A stretch of DNA of 64,000 bases from an uncultured delta proteobacterium (GCA_963736855.1 CAVTQK010000021.1:224001-288000); one strand, 5' to 3'. Shown: positions 51,109-62,955, counted from the stretch's first letter. Notes: a model not told the origin generated them from the letters alone. Numbers and translations are program-made.

Positions 51109-51142
51109 ATTCAGTTATAAGGTAAGATCTGTTTATTGTATT

Positions 51143-52198
51143 ATGCGACTATTAGTTGAATTTTCTCACCCTGCACAAGTTCATAAATTTAAGCATGTAT
51201 TCAATGGGTTGATACATAAGGGACATAAAATTCTCATTTTAGCCCGCAAAAAGGATGTGATGACACATCTCCTCGATGTCTACCGTCTGCCTTACAAATG
51301 CATCAGCAGGGCCGGAGACGATCTTAAAGAAATGATGGCCGAACTGATCATTCGGGAATTCAGAACATTGAAAGAAACCCTAAAGTTTAAGCCAGATCTG
51401 ATGCTGTCCGCACATTCGGTTGCGATTACCCATATCGGTTGGCTTTTAAGAATACCGGTGATCCTGCATGACGACACAGAACATGCTTCCTTGCAACAAA
51501 AACTATATCTGCCGTTTGCGGATTACATCGTTACATCAACCGTTTATCAAAAAGACTTTGGACCAAAACATTTTAGGCTCAACTCATTGGAACCTCTGGC
51601 CTATCTTCATCCGGATCATTTTAAAGCCGATCCAGAAATCATCAAAAAATATGGGTTGACAGAAAATATTTCTTACGGCGTTTTAAGGTTTGTATCATGG
51701 AATGCTGCTCATGATACCCATTTGAATGTGAAATCATCATCAGAGAAAATAGTACATTTAATAGAGCGACTGTGTTCGATGGGAATCCGTAAAATCGTTT
51801 TATCTACAGAAAATAATGGGTTAAAAATCAAACACCCCGCGGTTTTCTCAGTCCAGCCTGAAGATTTGCATCATGTTTTGGCATTTTCGAATATTTGTAT
51901 ATCTGAAGGAGGATCCATAGCAAATGAAGCAGCGGTGTTGGGAATTCCGACTATTTTGATAAATCCTTTGAAAGCAGGAATTTTTGATTCTCTGGAGTCT
52001 TATGGACTTCTGATAAGAGCTGAGGATATCAATGAGGCTTGTGAAAAGGCCTCTCTTTTTTTGAGGGATCCTTCGACGAAAATTAGGGTAGAAGAATCTC
52101 GAAAAAGGCTTTTACGAGATAAAGAAAACATGGCAAAAGCAATGGAAATTTTTTTATTATCACGGCTTAATCAAAGAAAAACAGCATTAAAACAATAA
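51143..52198 (+). CDS. DUF354 family (GT-B-like) protein
   Basis: HPAQVHKF, DDTEHA, ELAY-like EPLAYLHP, EGGSIANEAAVLGIP. Confidence 0.75.
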   Translation: MRLLVEFSHPAQVHKFKHVFNGLIHKGHKILILARKKDVMTHLLDVYRLPYKCISRAGDDLKEMMAELIIREFRTLKETLKFKPDLMLSAHSVAITHIGWLLRIPVILHDDTEHASLQQKLYLPFADYIVTSTVYQKDFGPKHFRLNSLEPLAYLHPDHFKADPEIIKKYGLTENISYGVLRFVSWNAAHDTHLNVKSSSEKIVHLIERLCSMGIRKIVLSTENNGLKIKHPAVFSVQPEDLHHVLAFSNICISEGGSIANEAAVLGIPTILINPLKAGIFDSLESYGLLIRAEDINEACEKASLFLRDPSTKIRVEESRKRLLRDKENMAKAMEIFLLSRLNQRKTALKQ

Positions 52199-53271
52199 TG
52201 AATGTATTGGTGACTGCACTTCTGAGTGATCACAAATTAAAAACAAAACTGATGGGGTTGAATTATAGCGATCGCATAAACAAAATTATTTTGGTCAGGA
52301 AAATACCTCTGGCAGGATTGGAAAAGATTCAAAATATCAATCCGGTTGGGATTTGGGGTAAAACGAAAGTTCTTTATGAAATATGGCGCCTATACATAAT
52401 GTTGAAATATATTTTGACCGAAAAGCTGGATGTGCTTATCGGTATTCAACTCCAACTACATGGATTGGTGGTTGCATTTGTAGGATGTCTGACAAGATGC
52501 CCCAGTGTAATCCAGGTGATCGGGAGTGACATTTACTTATTTTTAAATAACCCGTGGAAAAAACCGTTTATAAGTTGGACGCTAAGGCATTCTGATGCAG
52601 TAATTATTTTAGGATCCGATTCCAAGCGAATCCTCAGATCGTTGGGGGTTCATCCGGAAAGGATCCATGAAATCCAGAATTATCAGGACGAAGCCAGGTT
52701 TTTTGACCGTCCGATGGAAAAACGATTTGATTTGTTATTTGTTGGAGGCTTGATTCCGAGAAAAAGGCTGAAAAATTTGATTGAGGTAATCCCTGAAGTT
52801 ATCAGTAAAATCGGTCCAATAAAAGTCGGTATTTTAGGAGACGGTTGTGAAAGGAACTTGCTGGAAGAGCATGTAAAAAATTTAGGCCTTTCAGATTGTA
52901 TCGAATTTTTAGGATATTCAAATGAAGTTGATAAATTTTTGAACGCTTCCAAAGTGTTCATCATGGTTTCATATGCGGAAGGTATGCCGGCTGCTGCAGT
53001 GGAAGCCATGTTTTGCGGTTTACCGGTTATTCTAACAGATGTCGGAAACATACGAGACATTTTTGATGATGAAAAAAATGCGATCATAATAAAATTAGGA
53101 GATCGGGATGCCCTCGTTGAGGCGATTGTCAGAGTATTAGCTGATAACGAGGTTTATAAAAAGCTTCAAGCCGGCGCTTTAGAATCAAGAGCAAATTATA
53201 TAAGCCGATGGAGTATCGACAAACAAAGCCAGGGTTGGTTGAATGTCATTGATCATGCTGTTTCTAAATAA
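52198..53271 (+). CDS. Glycosyltransferase family 4
   Basis: VGGLIPRK, EGMPAAAVEAM, LTDVG. Confidence 0.9.
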   Translation: MNVLVTALLSDHKLKTKLMGLNYSDRINKIILVRKIPLAGLEKIQNINPVGIWGKTKVLYEIWRLYIMLKYILTEKLDVLIGIQLQLHGLVVAFVGCLTRCPSVIQVIGSDIYLFLNNPWKKPFISWTLRHSDAVIILGSDSKRILRSLGVHPERIHEIQNYQDEARFFDRPMEKRFDLLFVGGLIPRKRLKNLIEVIPEVISKIGPIKVGILGDGCERNLLEEHVKNLGLSDCIEFLGYSNEVDKFLNASKVFIMVSYAEGMPAAAVEAMFCGLPVILTDVGNIRDIFDDEKNAIIIKLGDRDALVEAIVRVLADNEVYKKLQAGALESRANYISRWSIDKQSQGWLNVIDHAVSK

Positions 53272-53294
53272 TTGGGGAACGAATAACAGAAAAA

Positions 53295-55094
53295 ATGTTA
53301 AAATTATCAATAATTAGAAGTTTTTTCAGATATTTCTCAATTTTTTATCAATACACGGGGAACAAATTATTCCTTTTTATTTTGTCGGTTTTCATGATCG
53401 GTATTGCCGATGGCTTAGGAATATCCGCTGTGATTCCATTGTTAAATATTTCCATGACCAAGACGATATCAAATGATAAAATATCTCTTTTTTTCAACAA
53501 TATCTATAATTACTTTAATACTGAAATTACATTAGGGTCTATATTGATATTAATCACAGCCCTCTTTTTTTTGAAAAATATTTTTGTTTTTTTTCAATCA
53601 GCTATTCAGGCAAACATCAGCACATGGCTTTTAGAAAAGATATGTAAAGGATTGTTAAGACAATATGAAGCGATGAAATTCAGTTATTATCGAGGAACAA
53701 ATATTGGATATTTGAATAATGTCATCAATAATGAAGCGACGAGGTTAAAAAGTTCTTTTAAGGAGTTTTCAGAATTTATTTCGATTGCCTGCAAAGGAGT
53801 TGTTTACTCGCTGATATCTTTGGCGATCAATTTAAAGCTGTCGATAATTGTAATATCTCTAGGATTATTTTTATATGTTATATATGTTGGAATCCGCCGT
53901 AAGACCAGAAAACTATCGCTCCTGCACTCTCAATTTAATGCGGAATCTCAACAATGGCTAATCCAATTCATCCAGTATTTTAAATATATTAAAGCAACAT
54001 CGGGATCTGAAAAACTTGTTTCGAAGCTTTTTGAAATATTTAATAAAATCAGAAAAATTACATTTCAGTCGGCCATGCTGCAAGGATTTACAAAATCCTC
54101 TCTAGAGTTTATTGTCGTTTCAATATTATGCTTCTTCTTTTATTACCTTACCAAGATTGAAAACCAACCCGTTTCAGAGGTAATAATTCCGCTGGTTTTA
54201 GCCAACCGGATATTATCATTTACGACTGCGATGCAAAAAACGTGGCAAAATTTTCTTTCTTTATCAGGCGGAATAGCAGTTGTTGAAAATGCAAGAGCGC
54301 AACTTGATCAACATTTAGAAAAGGATAATGGAATTGTTCTGAAGGAATTTGAAAAGGATATTATTTTTAAAAAGGTCAATCTTGAATTTAATGGAAATAA
54401 AGTTATAAATGACGTAGACCTCCTTATTACCAAATGTAAATGCATCGGAATTGCAGGGGAATCCGGATCCGGAAAAACGACCTTGATGGATCTTTTATCC
54501 GGTCTGCTGCGACCTTCCTCAGGAAAGCTCATTATTGACAGTATTGATTATAACGATTTGAATTTGAAACAATTGAGATCCAAAATTGGTTACATAACCC
54601 AGGAACCGACGATATTCAACGATACCATTGCAAATAATATCAGTTTCTGGAATTGTGACTCAACTGATCCGTTGTGCAGAAATAAAATTGAACAATCCGC
54701 AATGGCCAGCCATTGTTGGGAATTTATTGAGAAAGCAGAAAAAGGAATCGATGAGATACTGGGTGATAAAGGTATCCGTCTTTCAGGAGGTCAGAGACAA
54801 CGAATCGCCATTGCAAGAGAAATATTTCGGGATGTGGACATTCTCATTTTTGATGAAGCTACGTCATCATTGGACTCATATTCGGAACGATTGATCATGA
54901 AAAGTATAGAAAATCTGCTCGGTCGGAAAACCATTATTCTCATTGCACATCGGTTATCGACATTAAAATTTTGTGACATCATCTATGTGGTTAAAAATGG
55001 ATTCATTGTTGAAAATGGATCCTGGGAAAAACTAATGAATAATGAAAATTCTGTTTTTTCGAAAATGTGCAAGGAACAGGGTTTCCATATTTGA
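53295..55094 (+). CDS. MsbA/PglK-like ABC exporter (fused TMD-NBD)
   Basis: N-terminal TMD; GESGSGKT, LSGGQRQRIAIAR, FDEATSSLD, IAHRLST. Confidence 0.9.
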   Translation: MLKLSIIRSFFRYFSIFYQYTGNKLFLFILSVFMIGIADGLGISAVIPLLNISMTKTISNDKISLFFNNIYNYFNTEITLGSILILITALFFLKNIFVFFQSAIQANISTWLLEKICKGLLRQYEAMKFSYYRGTNIGYLNNVINNEATRLKSSFKEFSEFISIACKGVVYSLISLAINLKLSIIVISLGLFLYVIYVGIRRKTRKLSLLHSQFNAESQQWLIQFIQYFKYIKATSGSEKLVSKLFEIFNKIRKITFQSAMLQGFTKSSLEFIVVSILCFFFYYLTKIENQPVSEVIIPLVLANRILSFTTAMQKTWQNFLSLSGGIAVVENARAQLDQHLEKDNGIVLKEFEKDIIFKKVNLEFNGNKVINDVDLLITKCKCIGIAGESGSGKTTLMDLLSGLLRPSSGKLIIDSIDYNDLNLKQLRSKIGYITQEPTIFNDTIANNISFWNCDSTDPLCRNKIEQSAMASHCWEFIEKAEKGIDEILGDKGIRLSGGQRQRIAIAREIFRDVDILIFDEATSSLDSYSERLIMKSIENLLGRKTIILIAHRLSTLKFCDIIYVVKNGFIVENGSWEKLMNNENSVFSKMCKEQGFHI

Positions 55095-55128
55095 TGGTTT
55101 AAGAGCAATAAAAATAGTGAGGGCGGAG

Positions 55129-56178
55129 ATGAAAAAGGAAATATGGATTGAGGATAAAATGATAGGTGATGATTCGGACTGTTACGTTGTAGCCGAAATA
55201 GGTCATAATCATCAGGGTAGTATTGAAAAAGCGAAAGACTTATTTCGCGTGGCTAAAGAATGCGGGGCCGATGCCGTCAAGCTCCAAAAACGCGACAACC
55301 GGTCTCTTTTTACAAAAACGCTCTATGATACACCTTATGACAATGAAAACAGTTTCGGGTTGACTTATGGGGCTCATCGGGAAGCGTTGGAATTCGGAAG
55401 ATCACAATACCTTGAGTTGCAAGAATATGCCAAAAAAATAGATATAACAATGTTTGCCACCCCCTTTGATTTTAAAAGCGCCGATTTCCTGGCAGATTTA
55501 GAAATGCCTGCATTTAAAATAGCCTCGGGCGATCTAAAAAATACGCCTCTTTTAAAACATGTGGCTAAATTTGGAAAACCGATTATTCTGAGCACTGGGG
55601 GCGGAAATATGGATGATATTCAAAGGGCATTTAACACGGTTATGCCCATTAACGACCAGCTTATTTTTCTTCAATGCACGGCCGCTTATCCTGCAGACGC
55701 GGAATTGCTGAATCTCAAAGTGATTACGGCGTTGAAAAATGAATTCCCAGACAATATCGTAGGGTTATCGGATCATGAAAATGGAATTGCGATGGCGGTT
55801 GCAGCATATGTTTTGGGCGCGAGAGTCATAGAAAAGCACTTTACTCTAAACCACACCTGGAAAGGAACCGATCATGTTTTTTCGCTCGAACCTATCGGAA
55901 TGCGAAAACTGGTTCGCGATTTGCGTCGGGCTCGCCTGGCAATGGGAGATGGAGTCAAGAGGCCGTTGGACTGCGAAAGAAAACCACTTTTAAAAATGTC
56001 AAAAAAAATCGTTGCAGCAAAGAATTTAAAAAAAGGGACCGTTTTAGAGGAAAGCCTTCTTGCTCTTAAATCGCCCGGTGACGGGCTTGAGCCGTATCAA
56101 ATGGATCATATTTTAGGAAAACGTCTTTTAATTGATGTCGCGGAAGATGGGAATATCGGTTTTGAAATGCTGGGATAA
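55129..56178 (+). CDS. NeuB-family ulosonic acid synthase with SAF/AFL domain
   Basis: AEIGHNHQG, DAVKLQK, KIASGD, LSTG, GLSDH, IEKHFT. Confidence 0.9.
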   Translation: MKKEIWIEDKMIGDDSDCYVVAEIGHNHQGSIEKAKDLFRVAKECGADAVKLQKRDNRSLFTKTLYDTPYDNENSFGLTYGAHREALEFGRSQYLELQEYAKKIDITMFATPFDFKSADFLADLEMPAFKIASGDLKNTPLLKHVAKFGKPIILSTGGGNMDDIQRAFNTVMPINDQLIFLQCTAAYPADAELLNLKVITALKNEFPDNIVGLSDHENGIAMAVAAYVLGARVIEKHFTLNHTWKGTDHVFSLEPIGMRKLVRDLRRARLAMGDGVKRPLDCERKPLLKMSKKIVAAKNLKKGTVLEESLLALKSPGDGLEPYQMDHILGKRLLIDVAEDGNIGFEMLG

Positions 56179-56190
56179 GGTTGCTGGAGA

Positions 56191-57014
56191 ATGAAAATTA
56201 CTGATATTTTTAACTTAAAAGGAAAAATTGCAGTTATAACCGGAGGAATGGGTCAGCTCGGAAAAATTTATGCGGAAGCGTTTGTTAAAAATGGAGCAAA
56301 AGTCGCGATTTTAGACCAGGACAAAGAGCCGAAGGAAAAAAGCGATACTGTCAACTCAGGATTTGCCGAAGGAAACATCAAAGCCTATCAAGTGGATATC
56401 ACAAAAAAAAATGAAGTAACAACCGCACTCCAACAAGTTGTTTCTGATTTAGGCGTTCCTCATGTGTTAATTAATAATGCGGCAATTGATTCTCCGCCTA
56501 GTTCCCCTGCTTCCGAAGTCGGGCCGTTTGAAACATATCCGGAAACCTCTTTTGATAAAATCATGGAAGTAAATGTTAAGGGAACATTTATTTGCTGCCA
56601 AGTTATAGGAGCAATAATGGCAGAGCATCAGAGAGGAGCCATCATTAATGTATCGTCTATTTACGGATTGCTTTCTCCGTGCCAGGACATATATGAATTT
56701 CGACGCAAAAAAGGAGAACCTTTTTTTAAACCCGTTGCATATTCCGTATCGAAATCGGCCATTTTTAACTTGACTCGATATCTAGCAACCTATTGGGCAA
56801 AAAAGAATGTCCGGGTCAATACGATTACTTTTGCCGGGGTTTTCAATAACCAAGACTAAAGAATTTATCAGCGCTTACTGTTCAAAGATATCCCATCGGA
56901 AGGATGGCGAATGCTGAGGAATTCATCGGACCCATTTTGTTTCTTGCCTCTGATGCTTCTTCTTATATGACCGGGTCAAACCTAATTGTAGATGGGGGAT
57001 GGACGGCATGGTAA
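56191..57014 (+). CDS. Short-chain dehydrogenase/reductase, two frameshifts near 56857 and 56891
   Basis: [17 protein letters not shown]; downstream shifted frames give PIGRMA...[16 protein letters not shown]. Confidence 0.85.
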
Positions 57015-58500
57015 AAGTCGAGAAACTTAAAGCCGACCTGTTTCCAAATGAAATTCACAATTGGATAGGGGGAAAGCAGGTTTTTGCCGATTCTGGAGAA
57101 TTTTTCAACAAAATGAATCCGGCAGATGGAGAATTGATTTGCCGAGTTGCAAGGTCAAAAGATATTGATGTCAAACTTGCTGTTCGTCATGCTAAAGAGG
57201 CTCAAGTGTCTTGGTCGGATACTCCACCCGTAAAGCGAGGGATGATTTTGCATGAAATTGTAAGAACGATGCAGGATAAGAAATATGATATTGCGTCTAT
57301 TGTTGCCTTGGAAACCGGAAAATCGAGGGGCGATGCTTTAGGAGAAACGGAAGGGGCTATTGAACTCGGCTTATTTTATTCAAGTGAAGGACAACGGCTT
57401 TACGGCCGGACAACAACCAGTCGAGTATCAAACCGATATGCAATGACCATCCGTCAACCTGTCGGAGTTGCAGGACTAATAGTTGCAGCTAACACGCCGA
57501 TTGCGAATATTGCTTGGAAAGTTTTCCCTGCCCTTATTTGCGGAAATAGCGCAGTCTTAAAACCTGCCGAGGATAGCCCTATTACCGCATGGTTTTTCGG
57601 CAAAATCTCTCACGATTCGGGAATCCCAAAAGGAGTTCTTAATATTATTCAAGGACTTGGTAATGAATGCGGCGCTTCCTTGGTCGAAAATGCTGATGTC
57701 GGTGTCATCAGTTTTACAGGATCAACAAAGATTGGAATCCACATTCTGGCAACGGCAGGTAAACGACTTGCAAAAGTTTCATTGGAGCTGGGAGGTAAGA
57801 ATCCCTTGATCGTATGCGATGACGCCGATCTTGAAAATGCCGCAAAATGGACGATTCTTTCAGCTTTCAGCAACGCAGGACAGCGATGTGCAGCGGCAAG
57901 CAGAATCATTATTTTCGATGCCGTATATGATCGTTTCCGTGAAATGCTTATAGAAAAAACAAAACAATTAAATGTTGGACCAAATGATGACGATGATCTT
58001 GGACCGGTAATCAGCGAAAAGCAGCTTCATCGGATGTTGTCTGCTGTTGAAAATGCGCGAAAGAAAAACGCTACCATTTTAACAGGGGGACAAAGGCTTT
58101 TAGATGGTAAACAGCCGAAAGGGCTTTTTCATGGCTCCAACACTTATCGAAAATGTTACACCTGAAGATGATATTTCAATTACGGAATTATTTGGACCCA
58201 TTGCATGTCTTTATCGGGTGAAAAATTTTCACGAAGCATTGGCTCTATCCAACAATTCTCCATACGGATTGACTTCCAGTATACATACAAAAAGCTTTGA
58301 CCGGGCAATTCTATTCACTCAAAAAGTGAAAACAGGAACGGTTACCGTCAATGCGGGAACATTTGGAAGCGAACCGCATATGCCATTTGGAGGGCTAGGA
58401 CAGCTCTGGAAACGGGTCCCGAGAACCGGGGACTGAAGCTTTGGATGTATATTCCGAAATCAAGAATGTTTATATGAATGTCGATCCTGAAAAAATATAA
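57008..58500 (+). CDS. Aldehyde dehydrogenase, frameshifts near 58112 and 58400
   Basis: [25 protein letters not shown] and YGL..PFGG in next frame; then GNGSREPG. Confidence 0.85.
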
Positions 58501-58541
58501 CATATCTTATTCAAGTATCGATAGATAGGGGAGTGATTTGA

Positions 58542-60122
58542 ATGCAAGTCATATTGACTGGGTATGATTCTTTTTGGAAAGCGATTGCAGAATACTTGAT
58601 TGAAAACAATATCAATATCCGGTACATCATAACCCTCCTAATTGCTCTAAATGATGCATCGACATCACAGCCAAGCTTTTAATAACACGGAATTTTTAAA
58701 TCTGGAAAAATTTGTATGCCCGGAACAAATCACAAAACTAAATTTAAATAGCAGATATTGTCTTTCATCGGACCTTTTAAATGATTTCTGTGAATCTGAA
58801 AATATTTTTTTGTCCATTTCGGATCGTTTGACATTTTTTCCATTAAGTGTTCAGAAAAAGAAAAGAGCTGTTTCAGGATCTTTTGTTGTATTGGTATTCA
58901 TTTATTATACGAATCGAAAATTACACATATAATACTTCAGGGATGCGCCTCACATGGCCTGGGATAATGTACTATATGATTTGGCAAAGTATTTGGGAAT
59001 AAAAACTCTATTTGTTGAAAAAACGATGATCATCGACAGGGTCTTGGTGATGAAGGATTATCGCAAGGTCAATAAAGTACCTTCGGATTATTTGACTCAA
59101 ATTGAAACTGATGATATTGCAGATATCGTAGGTGAAAATCTGATTCAAGAAGTTTTTAAAACAAGCGGATGGATAAATTTGCAGATAAAAAAAATATGAA
59201 GGTATTAGCGACACATAACAATTATTCTTAATATTAAAAAAAATCTCGAAAAGTTAGTTGAAGCATTTCGTTCTGAGAAAGTTTTTTATTTTCCTTTTAA
59301 AACTTTTTAATTTTTTAAAAATAAAAATATTCGATAGTATTGACAAGCATATCTAAATTATTCAAAAAACGCTTTTTGAGTGCGCTATTTTTTAATGGAC
59401 AGTACGATGGATAACAACTTGGTTGTTTTCGTTGCCTTTTAAAAGAAAAATCAAAAAATTATATAAATCCTATTCAAATCCTGCAGTGCAAGTAAATTTT
59501 AATCAAAAATATATCTTTTTTCCATTACATTATCAGCCAGAAAAAAATACATCCCCATTAGGAGGAGTTTTTGAGAATCAACTCCTTGCCGTTAAAATAT
59601 TGTCCGAAGCCGTTCCTGAAAATTGGATAATTTATGTAAAGGAACATCCACGCCAATTTTCTTATGTAATGCGTCAAAGACATTATCGTGATATCGATTA
59701 TTATGAAAAATTATTGGGGATTCCAAAAGTGCAAACTAGTAAATATTCAGGAAAATGCAGATGAGCTGATTGAAAAAGCAATTTGTACCGTTACAGTTAC
59801 CGGAAGCAGTGGATGGAAAAGTCTTAAAAAAGGAAAAGCATGTATCGCTTTTGGAAATCCTTGGTATGCACCGTGTAACAGTTGCTTTTTAGTAAGATCG
59901 TTGGAGGACTGCAAAAAAGCAATTGAAAATATTTTGATATTGGATGAGTCAGATGTAAAAAGGGATCTTTTAAAATTTATTGCATATTATAAGGATCGAT
60001 TTATAATTTCAAGCACTAGCCATAATTTCGCAAAAAAATCAAAAATTCCTTATGAAATCCTGGTAGAAAATCTTGGCGAAAGATTGAAAGAAGCTGTTGT
60101 TGGGAGTTTGAAGGCAAACTGA
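58542..60122 (+). pseudogene. Capsule-biosynthesis (KpsS/Capsule_synth-like) protein, multiply frameshifted
   Basis: Fragments 58651-58932, 58954-59199, 59423-59764, 59688-60122; FPLHYQPE, VKEHP, VTGSSGW motifs. Confidence 0.65.
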
Positions 60123-60183
60123 ACTTCATAACAATTATAGAAGGTATTATTTTATTCAAACAGGTTGATGACAGTGATGGGTG

Positions 60184-61302
60184 ATGATGAAACTTTTATA
60201 TCGTATCAAGGAGTTCCTCAATCACCGAAGATTTCATTGCCAGGTTGTCGCCTATCAAGTGGAGAGATTGCTTCCCGAACTGTCCATCGAAGACTTGGGT
60301 AATCCGATAAAAGATAAAAGGAATCGGCGGGTTTATTTCACTCGAAGCCGGTACGGAAACGTCATCGTCAAAATTTATCAACAAAACCGCATGAACCACG
60401 CCCTCAATTACAGTCTGGCGTATCAAGCCTTCAAGCAAACAGGTGTTCGTATTCCCAGGCTTTTATTTCAAGACTTATCTATAGAGAGTAGTCAAAAATA
60501 CGGATTTTCATGTATGGTTCAGGAGTATGTGCAAGGAGAGCACTTTGATTTTGCGAGGCATTTATCGAGTTTGCCCAAACTGGCACAAATTCTGTCATCC
60601 CTTCATGGCCACACCTCGCCGCAGTTTGGTTTTTTAGCTCAACCAGCCACCGGCTTTTTCTGGCAAAACTTCCTATTTGATATCTTAAAAAGAAAGATCA
60701 AGATTGTATCAGCTTTACCTTTTCCTGAGCCGGAAAGAAGAAAGGTCATCAATTACTTTAGGGCCTGGAGCAATCGACTGGGTCAGGGAATCGAGGGTTG
60801 GAGCTTGCTACACTGGGACCTGACAAATAAAAATTGTCTGATAGATGACGAAGGCCAACCGGTGTTGATCGACTTCGATAATTCGACGAGAGCCCTTTAC
60901 GGCCTTGAACTGATCCGCATTCCCTTCTGGTTCCTTTTGCCTAAGAAAGAAATTCTGGATTTGTCCTCACCGGAAGCCTTTTGGGACAATTGTGGGACGC
61001 TTTTGGAGCCTTTTCTTGAACTTTACTTCAAAGGACTGCCCCTAGCATTCCGGCGGGACTGGGAGATTAACCGTGACTGCTACTTGGTTTGGGGTATGCT
61101 CATTCATACAGCCTCGCTCACCAAATCAATTATTAATCCAAGAAGTATCCAGATGGCAAAGACCGATGGATATGATTCAAATCGCAGAGAAGTTTTTAAG
61201 GGTCGCTTGAATCAAACTCAATATGACAAGGTTGACCTCCAAGAAGTCAAAGCTCGCGCAGTCAAACAGTGGCAAAACTTGATTCGGGTGATAGATGGTT
61301 GA
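60184..61302 (+). CDS. APH/choline-kinase-like phosphotransferase
   Basis: VIVKIY, IPRLL, QEYVQG, LLHWDL..KN, LIDFD. Confidence 0.75.
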   Translation: MMKLLYRIKEFLNHRRFHCQVVAYQVERLLPELSIEDLGNPIKDKRNRRVYFTRSRYGNVIVKIYQQNRMNHALNYSLAYQAFKQTGVRIPRLLFQDLSIESSQKYGFSCMVQEYVQGEHFDFARHLSSLPKLAQILSSLHGHTSPQFGFLAQPATGFFWQNFLFDILKRKIKIVSALPFPEPERRKVINYFRAWSNRLGQGIEGWSLLHWDLTNKNCLIDDEGQPVLIDFDNSTRALYGLELIRIPFWFLLPKKEILDLSSPEAFWDNCGTLLEPFLELYFKGLPLAFRRDWEINRDCYLVWGMLIHTASLTKSIINPRSIQMAKTDGYDSNRREVFKGRLNQTQYDKVDLQEVKARAVKQWQNLIRVIDG

Positions 61303-61403
61303 TATCCCTTCTGAAGAAAAATTAATTGTTGTTAAAGACGTTTGACAAATCATGCACACAATTTCAGACATGCCCTTCTTGAGAATGTAGCAATTCCGTA
61401 GAT

Positions 61404-62522
61404 ATGATTTCAAAAAACAAAAAAATGTGGATAATACGTCGATATTATTCAATTATTCGCAGATTTGCGACAATGGCTTTAACCGAATTAGCTTATATTA
61501 AAAAACTTAATTCAAAATCAAAATTTAAATATTATTTAGATATCGATTTTCCATTAGAATTTAATTGTTATGTCACCTCAGAAAAAGGAATATTTAAAAT
61601 TGAGAATGGAAAACTTGAAAAAGTTTTAAATCTATGGGTGTTTGGGATAGCTTTAGACAAGCATAATGCATTTATTTCTTGTGCAAGCGATATCTCCCAA
61701 TCCTATTCTTATATCTTATCTTTAGATGTAAAAGCCTTAACTACACAACATATAAAGCTCAATATGAAAGAGCTATATCGAATTCCACTATCTTCTAAGC
61801 GCCAAAGAATCCATCAAATATGCTTAAATGAAAACTCAATCTGGGCAGCAAATACTGCACGAAACACCTTAATGGAAATAAACAGAGATAATGGCTGCAT
61901 AATTAAAGAGATCGCTCCATTTAAGGATTTGTTTGGTAAGCCGATTCTTCATGATCATAATCATATAAATAGCATTTGGCATACGGGCGAGGCTTTGCTG
62001 TTTGTTGCATTTAGAATTGGCGAGCGATCAATGATCGGTGTTGTAGGAGAAGATGAGATTAAAGGATTTGCATATAGAAATTATGGTGCTCATGATATAG
62101 CAATACGGAAAAAAGATTTTTATTTTTCTGACACTTTAGGCAAAGATAAACCTGATGAGGGAGGCTGCTTAATAATAAATGGATATCCGATTGACGAAAA
62201 TTTTTTTCAAAAGCCGCTAGGATGTATCGTTAGAGGAATTGCTGGAAATAATAATCAATTGGTAATTGGTCATTCTCACAAGGGTAAGCGAACCACAAGA
62301 TTTGACGGAAAAGGTGCGCTTCTTTTTGCACAAAATAACAAAATCGTACGAAAAATTGAAATGCCTTTTTCTCAAGTTTACGATATCATCCGTTCTGACG
62401 GAAAAAGGTTCAACGAAGAGCCTGAAGCTGTTTCATTCTCAGAAGTGTATGAATTGTTGAAAAAATATTTAGGCAAACCTATATATTCCGAAAAAGTAAA
62501 GGATTGTATTATCAAAGAATGA
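61404..62522 (+). CDS. Hypothetical protein, probable beta-propeller
   Basis: 372-aa ORF; IHQI, ANTARN, HINS, AHDI, VRGIA, QVYDI repeats. Confidence 0.6.
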   Translation: MISKNKKMWIIRRYYSIIRRFATMALTELAYIKKLNSKSKFKYYLDIDFPLEFNCYVTSEKGIFKIENGKLEKVLNLWVFGIALDKHNAFISCASDISQSYSYILSLDVKALTTQHIKLNMKELYRIPLSSKRQRIHQICLNENSIWAANTARNTLMEINRDNGCIIKEIAPFKDLFGKPILHDHNHINSIWHTGEALLFVAFRIGERSMIGVVGEDEIKGFAYRNYGAHDIAIRKKDFYFSDTLGKDKPDEGGCLIINGYPIDENFFQKPLGCIVRGIAGNNNQLVIGHSHKGKRTTRFDGKGALLFAQNNKIVRKIEMPFSQVYDIIRSDGKRFNEEPEAVSFSEVYELLKKYLGKPIYSEKVKDCIIKE

Positions 62523-62529
62523 GCAGATA

Positions 62530-62955
62530 TGATGTAGGTTGAAAATAATGGACACCAAAGTTTACAATGATTGATAGATGGAGGTGTCAGGATGGAAAAG
62601 GTACCATACAGCAAATACAGCAAAGAGTTTCGCTTGGAGGCGGTTCGTCTTGTTACCGAAGGGGGTCTATCGGTTGGAGAGGGAGCCATGCGCCTTTCCC
62701 TTCCGAAATCGACTTTGGAGAACTGGGTTCGTGCTTTCAAGGCCGGGAAGCTGGAGAGGATCGGTTCGACGCACATGCCTTTGACTGAGGTGGAGGTTGA
62801 GCTGGCCCGGGTGAAGCGGGAACTGGTCCTTGTGAAGATGGAGCGAGACATACTAAAAAAAGCCGCCGCGTACTTTGCCAAGGAGTCGCTACACGGCACG
62901 CGGTGAGGGAGCAGATGCGACTCGACTATCCACTTGGGGTACTGTGTCGGGTATT
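62530..62955 (+). mobile_element. IS3-family element, left part (IRL, orfA, start of orfB), interrupted
   Basis: Starts TGATGTAGGTTGAAAATAATGGACAC (IS3-like IR); orfA YSKEFRLEAV..ERDILKKAAAYFAKE; A7G slippery site 62855-62862. Confidence 0.88.
62592..62906 (+). CDS. IS3-family transposase OrfA
   Basis: HTH_Tnp_1-like motifs, leucine zipper, KKAAAYF; GGAGG before ATG 62592. Confidence 0.88.
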   Translation: MEKVPYSKYSKEFRLEAVRLVTEGGLSVGEGAMRLSLPKSTLENWVRAFKAGKLERIGSTHMPLTEVEVELARVKRELVLVKMERDILKKAAAYFAKESLHGTR

